Assembly (NCBI GenBank): GCA_963762445.1
Contig: CAVXLA010000004.1
Location: 358,794 to 422,793, forward strand
DNA length: 64,000 nt
Source of the DNA: an uncultured Chloroflexia bacterium
Lineage (GTDB): Bacteria; Chloroflexota; Limnocylindria; Limnocylindrales; CSP1-4
Reading direction: 5' to 3'
This document shows, in pieces, positions 1-7,934 of the stretch. A program made the translations under genes and the position numbers. The notes under the pieces were generated by a model. That model worked only from the letters and a program-made list of their open reading frames with translations, did not search any database and was not told where the DNA came from. The first letter of the stretch is position 1, and every line of letters starts with the position of its first letter.

Positions 1-35
1 GCGGCTGCCGGCCCCGGCGGGCCATGATCCGGTCA

Positions 36-336
36 GCCCGAAGGGGCCGTGATGAACGGACCGCGGTGCCGCCGCAAGGCGGCCGGGCTCCTCGCAAGGG
101 GAGCCGGATCCTTCGCAAGGAGGATCGGCCCTTCCGCAAGGGAGGTGGCGCGGTCCGACGGTCGCACCGGTGCCGCAAGGTGCCGGGCCCGCTCGCAAGA
201 GCGGGAGGTGCTCCGCAAGGAGCGCCGCAGCCGCCCGCAAGGGTGGCGAGTCCCCCGCAAGGGGGGCGAGGCGACCGGGTCGGCGGTCCTTTCGGGCGCT
301 TTGCTGCCCGTCACCTCCCGGTGACTGAGCGCGGCA
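36..336 (+). ncRNA. Candidate structured ncRNA: nine C(GCAA)G-capped hairpins in two closed multiway junctions; family unknown; 5' boundary uncertain
   Basis: GCAA loops start at 74, 94, 115, 136, 175, 195, 215, 237 and 257, each on a 6-8 bp stem of different sequence. Closing helices are 57-65/149-157 and 159-165/271-277. Non-Watson-Crick pairs are G-U on the + strand. Confidence 0.7.
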
Positions 337-353
337 CCCCTCCGACGCGGATG

Positions 354-359
354 TAGACT
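354..359 (+). promoter_or_regulatory. Putative -10 box (TAGACT) for the ABC ATPase/permease genes
   Basis: TANNNT hexamer 10 nt upstream of GTG 370, in very GC-rich DNA. Confidence 0.4.
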
Positions 360-369
360 CGACCGCGAC

Positions 370-1311
370 GTGCCACCCGGCGCGCCCGTTCCCGACGTCG
401 AGGAGCCCGTGACCGACGCGCCCCCGCCCGAGCCCGCCGCGCCCCGCCCGCCGGCAGCGACCACCGCGCCGGCGCCGGCGCCATCGGGGCCCGCGATCCG
501 CCTCGCCGGCCTGCGCTTCGCCTTCCCCGTCGACGGCCGGACGGTCCCGGTCCTCGGCGGGATCGACCTCGAGGTCGGGCGCCGGTCCGTCATCGCCCTG
601 GTCGGGCCGAACGGCTGCGGCAAGAGCACGCTCCTCCGCGTGATCGCGGGGCTGCTGCCGGCCGCCGCCGGCGCCGTCGAGGTCGAGGGGCGCCCCGTCA
701 GCGGCCCCGACGCCCGCGTCGGCCTCGTCTTCCAGGAGCCGCGTCTCCTCCCCTGGCGGTCGGCGATCGCCAACGTGGCCTTCCCGCTGGAGGTGGCCGG
801 CCACGAGCGGGCCGCCCGCGAGGGCCGGGCCCGCGACCTCCTCGGCCTCGTCGGCCTGCGCGACTGGGCCGGGGCCCGTCCGGGCGAGCTGTCCGGCGGA
901 ATGCGGCAGCGCCTCGCGATCGCCCGCGCGCTCGCGCTCGAGCCGTCCGTCCTGCTGCTCGACGAGCCCTTCAGCGCCCTCGACGCCCTCACCCGTGAGC
1001 GCTTCAACGTGGAGCTGCTCCGCCTCTGGGAGCGCATCGGCAGCACGATCGTGCTCGTGACCCACAGCATCCCGGAGGCCGTCTTCCTCGCCGACCGGGT
1101 CGTCGTGCTCTCGCCGCGACCCGCCGTGGTCGCCGCCGACGTCGCCGTGGACCTGCCGCGGCCTCGCCGCCTCGCCGACCTGGACGCCGCCGTGGTGTCG
1201 CGGACCGCGGCCGAGATCCGGGCCCAGCTCGGCGGGGCCACCGACGATGCGTTCGCGGTGGCGACGGGCGAGGTCGGGCGCCACCCCGAGACCGACGCGG
1301 TGATCGCGTGA
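370..1311 (+). CDS. ABC transporter ATP-binding protein (TauB/SsuB-like), probable riboflavin transporter ATPase
   Basis: Walker A GPNGCGKS, signature LSGGMRQR, Walker B LLLDEPF, H-loop VTHS; overlaps the permease start. Start codon uncertain (GTG 409 possible). Confidence 0.9.
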   Translation: MPPGAPVPDVEEPVTDAPPPEPAAPRPPAATTAPAPAPSGPAIRLAGLRFAFPVDGRTVPVLGGIDLEVGRRSVIALVGPNGCGKSTLLRVIAGLLPAAAGAVEVEGRPVSGPDARVGLVFQEPRLLPWRSAIANVAFPLEVAGHERAAREGRARDLLGLVGLRDWAGARPGELSGGMRQRLAIARALALEPSVLLLDEPFSALDALTRERFNVELLRLWERIGSTIVLVTHSIPEAVFLADRVVVLSPRPAVVAADVAVDLPRPRRLADLDAAVVSRTAAEIRAQLGGATDDAFAVATGEVGRHPETDAVIA

Positions 1312-2063
1312 GCGGGTTCCGGGTGCGGATCCTCCCCCCGCTCATCGCGTTCGGCGGGTTCCTGGCCACCTGGCAGGCGATCGTCTGGATCGGCGACTAC
1401 CCGGCCTTCATCCTGCCCGGCCCGCTGCTCGTCGCCGAGCGCTTCCTCGCCGGCTGGGCCGAGGGGACGTTCTGGCCGCATCTCGTGACGACCGTGGCCG
1501 AGATCGCGGTCGGGTTCACCGCGGGGGCCGCAGCCGCACTGCCGACCGGGTACGTCCTCGCCCGGTCACGGCTGGCGGACCGGGTCATGTCGCCCTACCT
1601 CGTGGCGGCGCAGGCGGTGCCCATCCTCGCCCTGGCCCCGCTCATCGCCCTCTGGTTCGGGACCGGCCTCTTGGCCCGCTCGATCATCGTCGCCCTCGTC
1701 GTCTTCTTCCCGGTCGCGATCAGCGTCATGGTCGCGATCCGGGGCATCGACCGGCGCCTCCTCGAGATGGCCCGCAGCTACCGGGTGACGCGCCGGCAGC
1801 GGATCGTCCTCGTGGAGATCCCGGCCGCCCTGCCCGGGATCGTCGGCGGCCTCCGAATCGGGATCACCCTCGCCGTCGTGGGCGCGATCGTCTCCGAGTG
1901 GACGGGGGGCGAGCAGGGCCTCGGGGTCCTGATCAACCTGGCCCGGGGCAGCCTCTTCGACATCCCCCTCCTCTTCGCGACGCTGACCGTGATCGCGCTC
2001 CTCGGGATCGCGCTCTACGGATCCGTCCTGCTCGTGGAGCGCCACGTCGCCGCCCGCGCCTGA
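1308..2063 (+). CDS. ribX: ABC transporter permease (SsuC/TauC family, RibX-like)
   Basis: Hydrophobic TM segments, EAA-like loop LLEMARSYRV, AVVGAIVSEW...GLGVLI; lies just upstream of an FMN riboswitch and SBP gene. Confidence 0.8.
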   Translation: MSGFRVRILPPLIAFGGFLATWQAIVWIGDYPAFILPGPLLVAERFLAGWAEGTFWPHLVTTVAEIAVGFTAGAAAALPTGYVLARSRLADRVMSPYLVAAQAVPILALAPLIALWFGTGLLARSIIVALVVFFPVAISVMVAIRGIDRRLLEMARSYRVTRRQRIVLVEIPAALPGIVGGLRIGITLAVVGAIVSEWTGGEQGLGVLINLARGSLFDIPLLFATLTVIALLGIALYGSVLLVERHVAARA

Positions 2064-2097
2064 CATGCCGTCCGGCGAGTCGCCTGCCCGCCGCCGG

Positions 2098-2106
2098 TGC
2101 TACGAT
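2098..2106 (+). promoter_or_regulatory. Extended -10 promoter (TGcTACGAT) for the riboswitch-ribY transcript
   Basis: TGn+TACGAT ends 5 nt before riboswitch P1 (2112). Confidence 0.6.
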
Positions 2107-2111
2107 CGCGG

Positions 2112-2273
2112 CGCCTTCGGGGCAGGGTGCAATCCCCGACCGGTGGTAGCGCCCCGGCATGGGGCGAGCCCACGAGCGATGGTCGCCGCGCGGCGGCCGC
2201 GCAGACCCGAACGCGACCGGAACCCCGGTCGCGCCAGCGGGGCCGACGGTCAGAGTCCGGATGGAAGAAGGCG
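2112..2273 (+). promoter_or_regulatory. FMN riboswitch (RFN element), variant with hairpin insertions in L3 and L5
   Basis: P1 CGCCTTC/GAAGGCG; conserved GGGGCAGGGTGCAATCCCCGACCGGTGGT, AGCCCACGAGC, GCAGACCCG and GCCGACGGTCAGAGTCCGGATGGAAGAAG. Confidence 0.93.
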
Positions 2274-2347
2274 ACGGGCGCGTGCCGAGCCGGCGCGCTC
2301 CCGTGGCGTGTCGCCCCGGGGCCGGACCGCGAGCACGGGAGCGACAC

Positions 2348-3430
2348 GTGACCACCTCGACCGCCAGCCGTCCCATCAACCGGCGTCTCAGCGGCCGGCT
2401 GCCGCTCCTGCTCGGCGCCTTCGCCGCGATCGTCGCCGCGTGCAGCGGCGGGGCGACTGCGGAGCCCACGACGACCGCCGTGCCGACGGCGGCCTCCCCC
2501 ACCCCGGCCGCCCCGGTCAAGCTGACGATCGGCCTCGGCTACATCCCGAGCGTCCAGTTCGCCCAGTTCTACCTCGCCGACCAGGCCGGCTACTACCGCG
2601 ACGCCGGCCTCGAGGTCACCTTCGAGAACAAGATCGACCCCGAGCTGATCACGCTGGTCGGGCAGGGCGCGGTGGACGTCGGGATCGCCGACGGGACGAG
2701 CGTGATCCCCGCCGTGAGCCAGGGGATCCCCATCCGCTACGTCTTCACGGTCTACGCCCGGTTCCCGAGCATCGTCTTCGCCAAGGCATCCTCGGGGATC
2801 ACGACGGCGGCCGATCTCGCGGGCAAGAAGATCGGCATCCTTGGCAGGTTCGGGTCCTCGTGGATCCAGCTCCAGGCGCTCCTCGCGGGCGTGGGCCTCA
2901 CGCCGAACGACGTCGAGATCGTGCCCTTCCCGGACTACGGGCAGATGGCGGCGCTGCAGCAGGGCGCCGTCGACGCGGCCACGGGCTTCGTGAACAACGA
3001 GCCGGTGCAGCTGGAGCTGGCCGGGACCCCGACCGTGGTGCTGGCCCTGCCCGCCACCGCCGAGCTCCCCGGCAACGGCCTGATCGTCGGCCGGGCGGCG
3101 CTTGACGGCCCCAAGGCCAACGCGATCCGCGCCTTCATCGCCGCGACCCGCACGGCGATGGACGAGATCACGGCCGACCCGCAGAAGGGCCTCGACGCGG
3201 CGATCGCCCGGGTGCCCGAGCTGGGAACCGCCCGCGCGGCACAGCTCGCGGTGCTGGAGGCCACGATCGCCACGTGGCAGAACGACTACACGGCGGTCCA
3301 CGGGACGGGAGCGGTCGATCCCGCAGCGTGGGAGCGCTCGATCGCGTTCATGAGCGGCCTGCCTGACTCGCCCGTGGCGAAGCCGGTCGCCGTCGCCGAC
3401 TGCATCGACGCCGCCTTCGCCGCGCCGTAG
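2348..3430 (+). CDS. ribY: ABC substrate-binding lipoprotein (NMT1/THI5 family), RibY-like riboflavin-binding protein
   Basis: GGGAG SD before GTG 2348, lipobox IVAAC, LGYIPSVQFAQFYLA and DLAGKKIG motifs; controlled by the FMN riboswitch. Confidence 0.85.
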   Translation: MTTSTASRPINRRLSGRLPLLLGAFAAIVAACSGGATAEPTTTAVPTAASPTPAAPVKLTIGLGYIPSVQFAQFYLADQAGYYRDAGLEVTFENKIDPELITLVGQGAVDVGIADGTSVIPAVSQGIPIRYVFTVYARFPSIVFAKASSGITTAADLAGKKIGILGRFGSSWIQLQALLAGVGLTPNDVEIVPFPDYGQMAALQQGAVDAATGFVNNEPVQLELAGTPTVVLALPATAELPGNGLIVGRAALDGPKANAIRAFIAATRTAMDEITADPQKGLDAAIARVPELGTARAAQLAVLEATIATWQNDYTAVHGTGAVDPAAWERSIAFMSGLPDSPVAKPVAVADCIDAAFAAP

Positions 3431-3546
3431 CGCCAGGCCCCGCTCGCCCCGCCGCGGCGCTGCCTGCGCCGGTGGGCACCGCCGGGAATCGGGACGGCCG
3501 GCGCGGCCCGCCGCGAGGGCGGGGGGCGCCGGCCGTCGAACGGGGG

Positions 3547-4110
3547 TCAGGCGGCCAGGGCCAGCGCCGGCTCGACGACCGCGACCGCGGCCACCTCGTC
3601 GGCCGCGACCTCGAGGTCGACCGCGATCTCGTCGGAAACGAGCCAGCCCCCGGCCTCGAGCCCGACGTTCCAGGTCAGGCCCCAGTCCGAGCGCCTGATC
3701 CGGGCCCGGGCCTCGAACCCGGCGTGGCGGCGGCCGTCCATCCCGGCGACGATGCCGAGCATGTCGGCGTCGAGGACGACCGGCCGCGTCACGCCGCGGA
3801 TCGTGAGCTCGCCACTGATCGCCCAGCGGTCGCCCTTCGGCGCAATCGAGGTGCTGGCGAAGGTGAGCGTCGGATGGCTCTGGGCGTCGAGGAAGTCGGC
3901 CGAGCGGAGGTGGGTGTCGCGCGCCTCCATGCCGGTCTCGATGGTCGCGGCGGGGATCGTCACCTCGACCCGGGAGCGCGCCGGGTCGGCCTCGTCGAAG
4001 GCGATCGTGCCGGTGACGCCCTTGAAGATGCCCCGCACCTTCGTGATCATCATGTGCTTGCTGGTGAAGCTCACGACCGTGTGGGCCGTGTCGAGCTGCC
4101 ATGTGCTCAT
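3547..4110 (-). CDS. YceI family protein
   Basis: WQLDTAHTVVSF, RDTHLRSADFLD, GELTIRGVTRPV, RSDWGLTWN. Confidence 0.92.
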   Translation of the reverse strand: MSTWQLDTAHTVVSFTSKHMMITKVRGIFKGVTGTIAFDEADPARSRVEVTIPAATIETGMEARDTHLRSADFLDAQSHPTLTFASTSIAPKGDRWAISGELTIRGVTRPVVLDADMLGIVAGMDGRRHAGFEARARIRRSDWGLTWNVGLEAGGWLVSDEIAVDLEVAADEVAAVAVVEPALALAA

Positions 4111-4170
4111 CGGGTTCTCCTGCTCCTGTACCTGTGCTTGTCGTCCGGTGCTCCTGGCGCCGGCCGCATG

Positions 4171-4216
4171 TAGTTGACGGCGCAACTATATCCCATCATC
4201 GTTGCGTGTGCAACTA
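4171..4216. promoter_or_regulatory. Two palindromic operator sites between divergent yceI and marR
   Basis: TAGTTG-N6-CAACTA (4171-4188) and TCGTTG-N6-CAACTA (4199-4216). Confidence 0.7.
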
Positions 4217-4275
4217 CCTGGTCGCAGAAGCGCTATGATCCGTGGCGCCGGAGCCACCACCGGAACAGGAGACCC

Positions 4276-4824
4276 ATGACCGAGACCACCGCGCGTCCCC
4301 GCGGCAGCGCCGACGTCGCCGGGGCGCCCAGCCCCGACGACCCGCGCCTCCGCGCGTGGGTCGCCTTCCTGCAGGCCCACGCCGTCGTGACGCGCCGCCT
4401 CGAGGCGGAGCTCCACGCCGAGCGGGACCTGTCGCTCGCCGAGTACGACGCCCTCGTCCAGCTCGCGGTCGCCGCCGACCGGCGGCTGCGGATGAGCGAG
4501 CTCGCCGACCGGGTCGTCCTGTCGCGGAGCGGCGTCTCGCGCCTCGTCGACCGCCTCGAGGGCGACGGGCTCGTGGCCCGCCGCGCCTGCCCGACAGACG
4601 CCCGCGGGGCGTGGGCGGAGCTGACGCCGGCGGGCCTGGAACGGCTCCGCCTGGCCGCGCCGGTGCACCTCCGCGGCGTCGAGGCCCACTTCCTCGCCCC
4701 GATCGCCGCGGAAGATCGCGACGGCCTCGTCCGCGCCCTGGAGGCGGTCGTGCGCGGCCTGCAGGCTCCCGACGAGGCTGTCCTCCCCGGCTGCGACACC
4801 ATCGCCGGCGCGCTCGAGCCCTGA
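4276..4824 (+). CDS. MarR family transcriptional regulator
   Basis: AGGAG SD; LSLAEYDAL, LRMSELA, SRSGVSRLVDRLE, DARG...LTPAG. Confidence 0.92.
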   Translation: MTETTARPRGSADVAGAPSPDDPRLRAWVAFLQAHAVVTRRLEAELHAERDLSLAEYDALVQLAVAADRRLRMSELADRVVLSRSGVSRLVDRLEGDGLVARRACPTDARGAWAELTPAGLERLRLAAPVHLRGVEAHFLAPIAAEDRDGLVRALEAVVRGLQAPDEAVLPGCDTIAGALEP

Positions 4825-4829
4825 GCGGC

Positions 4830-5582
4830 GTGACCGGCGTCCTGCGGACCGGGACGAGCGGGTTCGCCTACCCGGCCTGGGCCCCCGCCTTCTACCCCGT
4901 CGGAGCCCGCGGCGACGCGCTCCTGCCCGCGTACGCGGCGCGCCTCGCCGCTGTGGAGCTGAGCGGAACGTACTACCGCCACGTCACCGCCGGGCAGGCT
5001 GCCGCCTGGGCAGCCCGCGTGCCGGCGACCTTCCGCTTCACGGTGAAGCTGCTGCGCACGGGCTCGCTGCGGGCGTACGCGACGGATGCCGCGGCCACCC
5101 TGCCCTGGCTGGTGGCGCCCCTCGCCGCGTTCGGGAGCACGCTCGGTGCCGCCCTCTTCCGGATCCAGGCCGGCCAGGCCCGCGACGACGGACGCCTCGA
5201 CCGGCTGCTGGCCGCCTGGCCCGCCGGTGTCCCCCTTGCCCTCGAGGCGCAGGACCCGTCCTGGCAGGTCGACGAGACGCACGAGCGGCTGCGCGCCGCC
5301 GGGGCCGTCCTGGTCGTGACCGAGACCGACGAGGCGCCCGATCCGCCCCTGACCGTGACGGGCCCCTTCCTGTACCTCCGCCTCCGCCGCGCGCGCTACG
5401 GGACCGCCGACCTCGACGCCTGGGCGGCGCGGCTGGAGCCGTTCCTTGCGGACGGCCGAGACGCGTTCGTCTTCTTCCGGCACGATGAGCGCGGCGAGAC
5501 ACCGGGCTACGCCGCCGCCCTCGCGGCTCGGCTGTTGCGGCACGCCCCGGCAAGCAGGGCGGGAGACGGAGGCGTCGCATGA
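4830..5582 (+). CDS. DUF72 (YecE-like) protein
   Basis: GTSGFAYPAW...FYP, AVELSGTYYR, FRFTVK, YLRLRR, FVFFRH. Confidence 0.85.
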   Translation: MTGVLRTGTSGFAYPAWAPAFYPVGARGDALLPAYAARLAAVELSGTYYRHVTAGQAAAWAARVPATFRFTVKLLRTGSLRAYATDAAATLPWLVAPLAAFGSTLGAALFRIQAGQARDDGRLDRLLAAWPAGVPLALEAQDPSWQVDETHERLRAAGAVLVVTETDEAPDPPLTVTGPFLYLRLRRARYGTADLDAWAARLEPFLADGRDAFVFFRHDERGETPGYAAALAARLLRHAPASRAGDGGVA

Positions 5583-6598
5583 CAGAGCAGATCGGGATCG
5601 GGCTCGTCGGGGCCGGAGGGATCGCCCGGGCGCGCCACGTGCCGGGGTTCCGGGCGCTCCCCGGCGTGACGATCGTCGGCGTGGTCAGCCGCACGCCGGA
5701 ATCCACGGCCCGGACGGCGGCCGAGCTCGGCATCCCCCGGACGTACGCCGGCTGGGATGCGCTCGTCGTCGATCCCGACGTCGACGCGGTCGTCGTCGCC
5801 ACCTGGCCGTACCGCCACGCTCCCATCGCGATCGCGGCCATCGGCGCCGGCAAGCACGTCCTCGTGGAGGGCCGCATGGCGATGGACGCGCCGGAGGCGC
5901 GGGCCATGCTCGCCGCCGCAGAGGCGCACCCGGGCCAGGTCGCGATGCTCGTCCCGGCCCCCTTCGGCTTCGCCGACGCGACGATCCGGCGCCTGCTCGC
6001 CGCGGGCGCCATCGGCGAGCTGCGCACGGTGCGCGTCTCCTGGTCCGGAGGGGTCGCCCCGACCGGGCACGACCAGTGGCGTCGCGAGCGGCGTCATTCC
6101 GGCAACAACGTCATGACCCTGGGCATCCTCTACGAGAGCGTCGCTCGCTGGCTCGGCCACGCGACGGAGGTGTCGGCGACCCTCCGCAACTTCGCCCCGA
6201 CGCAGGCCGGGCCGGACGGGATCGAGATTCCAGCCGACGTGGCCGACGTGGCGGCCGTGATCGCCGGCTTCCCCGGCGGCGTCGTCGCCACCTTCGGGAT
6301 CGCGGGCTACGGGCGCCCGGACCCGGTCAACGGGGCGACGCTGATCGGGACCGGCGGCGCCCTGCGCGTGGACATGGCCGGCTCCCGCCTGGAGCTGGCG
6401 CGCGCCGGGGCGGCATTCGAGGAGCTGGCGATCCCGGACGAGGAGCGCTGGACCTGGCGGGTCGAGGCGAGCTTCGTCGGCGCCATCCGGGGCGTCGAGC
6501 CGGTGCGGCTGAACGACTTCGCGACGGGCGTCCGCTACATGGCGTTCACCGACGCCGTCCACGAAGCCGATGCGACCGGGCGGCGCGTCGCCCTGTGA
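5579..6598 (+). CDS. Gfo/Idh/MocA family oxidoreductase
   Basis: IGLVGAGGIA Rossmann motif, DVDAVVVAT, GKHVLVE (EG in place of the usual EKP). Confidence 0.88.
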   Translation: MTEQIGIGLVGAGGIARARHVPGFRALPGVTIVGVVSRTPESTARTAAELGIPRTYAGWDALVVDPDVDAVVVATWPYRHAPIAIAAIGAGKHVLVEGRMAMDAPEARAMLAAAEAHPGQVAMLVPAPFGFADATIRRLLAAGAIGELRTVRVSWSGGVAPTGHDQWRRERRHSGNNVMTLGILYESVARWLGHATEVSATLRNFAPTQAGPDGIEIPADVADVAAVIAGFPGGVVATFGIAGYGRPDPVNGATLIGTGGALRVDMAGSRLELARAGAAFEELAIPDEERWTWRVEASFVGAIRGVEPVRLNDFATGVRYMAFTDAVHEADATGRRVAL

Positions 6599-7911
6599 GC
6601 GGCCCGATCCGCCCCAGCTGCAGGGGCCGGGCCACGGGCTCGTGCCCGCGGGGGCGCATCGCGGCCGGCCTCGCGGCGCTGGCGGTCCTCGCCGCGGCCT
6701 GTGGCGGACCGCCTTCGGCCGGGCCGACACCCCCGGTGCTGACCGCGCCGCCGATCGGCGTCGCCAGCCCGAGCACGTCCCTGGGGAGCGCGCCGGCGTC
6801 GCCCCGGCCGTCGACGACGGCCCGCCCGACCGCGCCGGTCGCGGCCGTTGGCCTGGAGCTCGTGGCCGAGGGCCTCGCGAGCCCGCTCTTCGCCGGCAGC
6901 GCCGGCGACGGCAGCGGCCGGCTCTTCGTCGTCGAGCAGGGCGGGCGGGTCCGCGTCATCCGCGACGGGCGCCTTCTCGCGGAGCCGTTCCTCGACCTGA
7001 CCGACCGCGTCGCATCGGGCGGCGAGCGCGGCCTTCTCGGCCTCGCGTTCGCTCCGACCTTCGCCGTCGACGGCCGCCTTTACGTCGACTACACCGACCT
7101 CGCCGGCAACACCGTCGTCAGCGAGCTCCGCGCCGCGGACCCAGCCGCGGACCGGGTGGACGCGGGGTCCGAGCGCGTGTTGCTGCACATCGACCAGCCG
7201 TTCCCCAACCACAACGGCGGCGCCCTGGCGACCGGCCCCGACGGGCTGCTCTGGATCGCCACCGGCGACGGCGGCTCCGGGGGCGACCCGCTCGACAACG
7301 GCCAAAGCCTGGACACGCTCCTCGGCAAGCTGCTGCGGATCGACCCTCGGCCGGCGGGCGGCGCACCGTACGGGATCCCGGCGGACAACCCGTTCGCGGG
7401 GCGGCCCGGCGCCCGCGGCGAGATCTGGGCGTACGGGCTCCGCAACCCCTGGCGCTTCTCGTTCGATCGCGCCACCGGCGACCTCTGGATCGGCGACGTC
7501 GGCCAGGGCCGCTTCGAGGAGGTCGACCGCTGGCCGGCGGGGTCGCCGGCGGGGCCCGACTTCGGCTGGCGGCTCATGGAGGCGGGTGCCTGCTTCGAGC
7601 CGGCGCAGGGCTGCGACCGCGCCGGGCTCGTCGCGCCGGTCGCCGAGTACGGCCACGACCTGGGCTGCGCGATCACGGGCGGGTACGTCTACCGGGGGGC
7701 GGCCATCGCCGGCCTCGCCGGCACGTACCTCTACGCGGACTTCTGCAGCGGCACGATCTGGGGCCTGGACGCGGCCGAGGAGCACCCGGCGCCCCGGGTG
7801 CTCCTCGAGTCGGGCCTCGCCGTGGCCTCGTTCGGCGAAGACGAGGCGGGCGAGCTCTCTGTCGTCGACCTCGCCGGCGGCCGCGTCTTCCGGGTCGTCG
7901 CGGCGCCCTGA
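6595..7911 (+). CDS. PQQ-dependent sugar dehydrogenase (glucose/sorbosone family), lipoprotein
   Basis: Lipobox LAAC, GERGLLGLAF, NHNGG, GDGGSGGDP, GKLLRID, YGLRNPWRFSFD. Confidence 0.9.
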   Translation: MSGPIRPSCRGRATGSCPRGRIAAGLAALAVLAAACGGPPSAGPTPPVLTAPPIGVASPSTSLGSAPASPRPSTTARPTAPVAAVGLELVAEGLASPLFAGSAGDGSGRLFVVEQGGRVRVIRDGRLLAEPFLDLTDRVASGGERGLLGLAFAPTFAVDGRLYVDYTDLAGNTVVSELRAADPAADRVDAGSERVLLHIDQPFPNHNGGALATGPDGLLWIATGDGGSGGDPLDNGQSLDTLLGKLLRIDPRPAGGAPYGIPADNPFAGRPGARGEIWAYGLRNPWRFSFDRATGDLWIGDVGQGRFEEVDRWPAGSPAGPDFGWRLMEAGACFEPAQGCDRAGLVAPVAEYGHDLGCAITGGYVYRGAAIAGLAGTYLYADFCSGTIWGLDAAEEHPAPRVLLESGLAVASFGEDEAGELSVVDLAGGRVFRVVAAP

Positions 7912-7934
7912 CGGCTCGCCGCGAAGGCCGGCGC

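Noticed and set aside
57-277. CRISPR array or simple tandem repeat
   Set aside because: The constant part is only 6 nt, the period is about 21 nt, the variable parts are self-complementary stems, and there are no cas genes in the window.
57-277. Stack of intrinsic terminators
   Set aside because: No U-tracts on either strand, and the hairpins are nested within closing helices.
1-345. rRNA, tRNA, tmRNA, RNase P, SRP or group II intron
   Set aside because: None of the hallmark sequences are visible (GAGGAAAGTCC, GGTTCGA T-arm with CCA, CAGG..GGAAG..AGCAG, domain V).
24-356. ORFs 24..356 and 49..324 over the hairpin array
   Set aside because: The recurring RKG/ARG/PQG residues are just translations of CGCAAGG; there is no SD or protein-like composition, and the pattern is explained by base-pairing.
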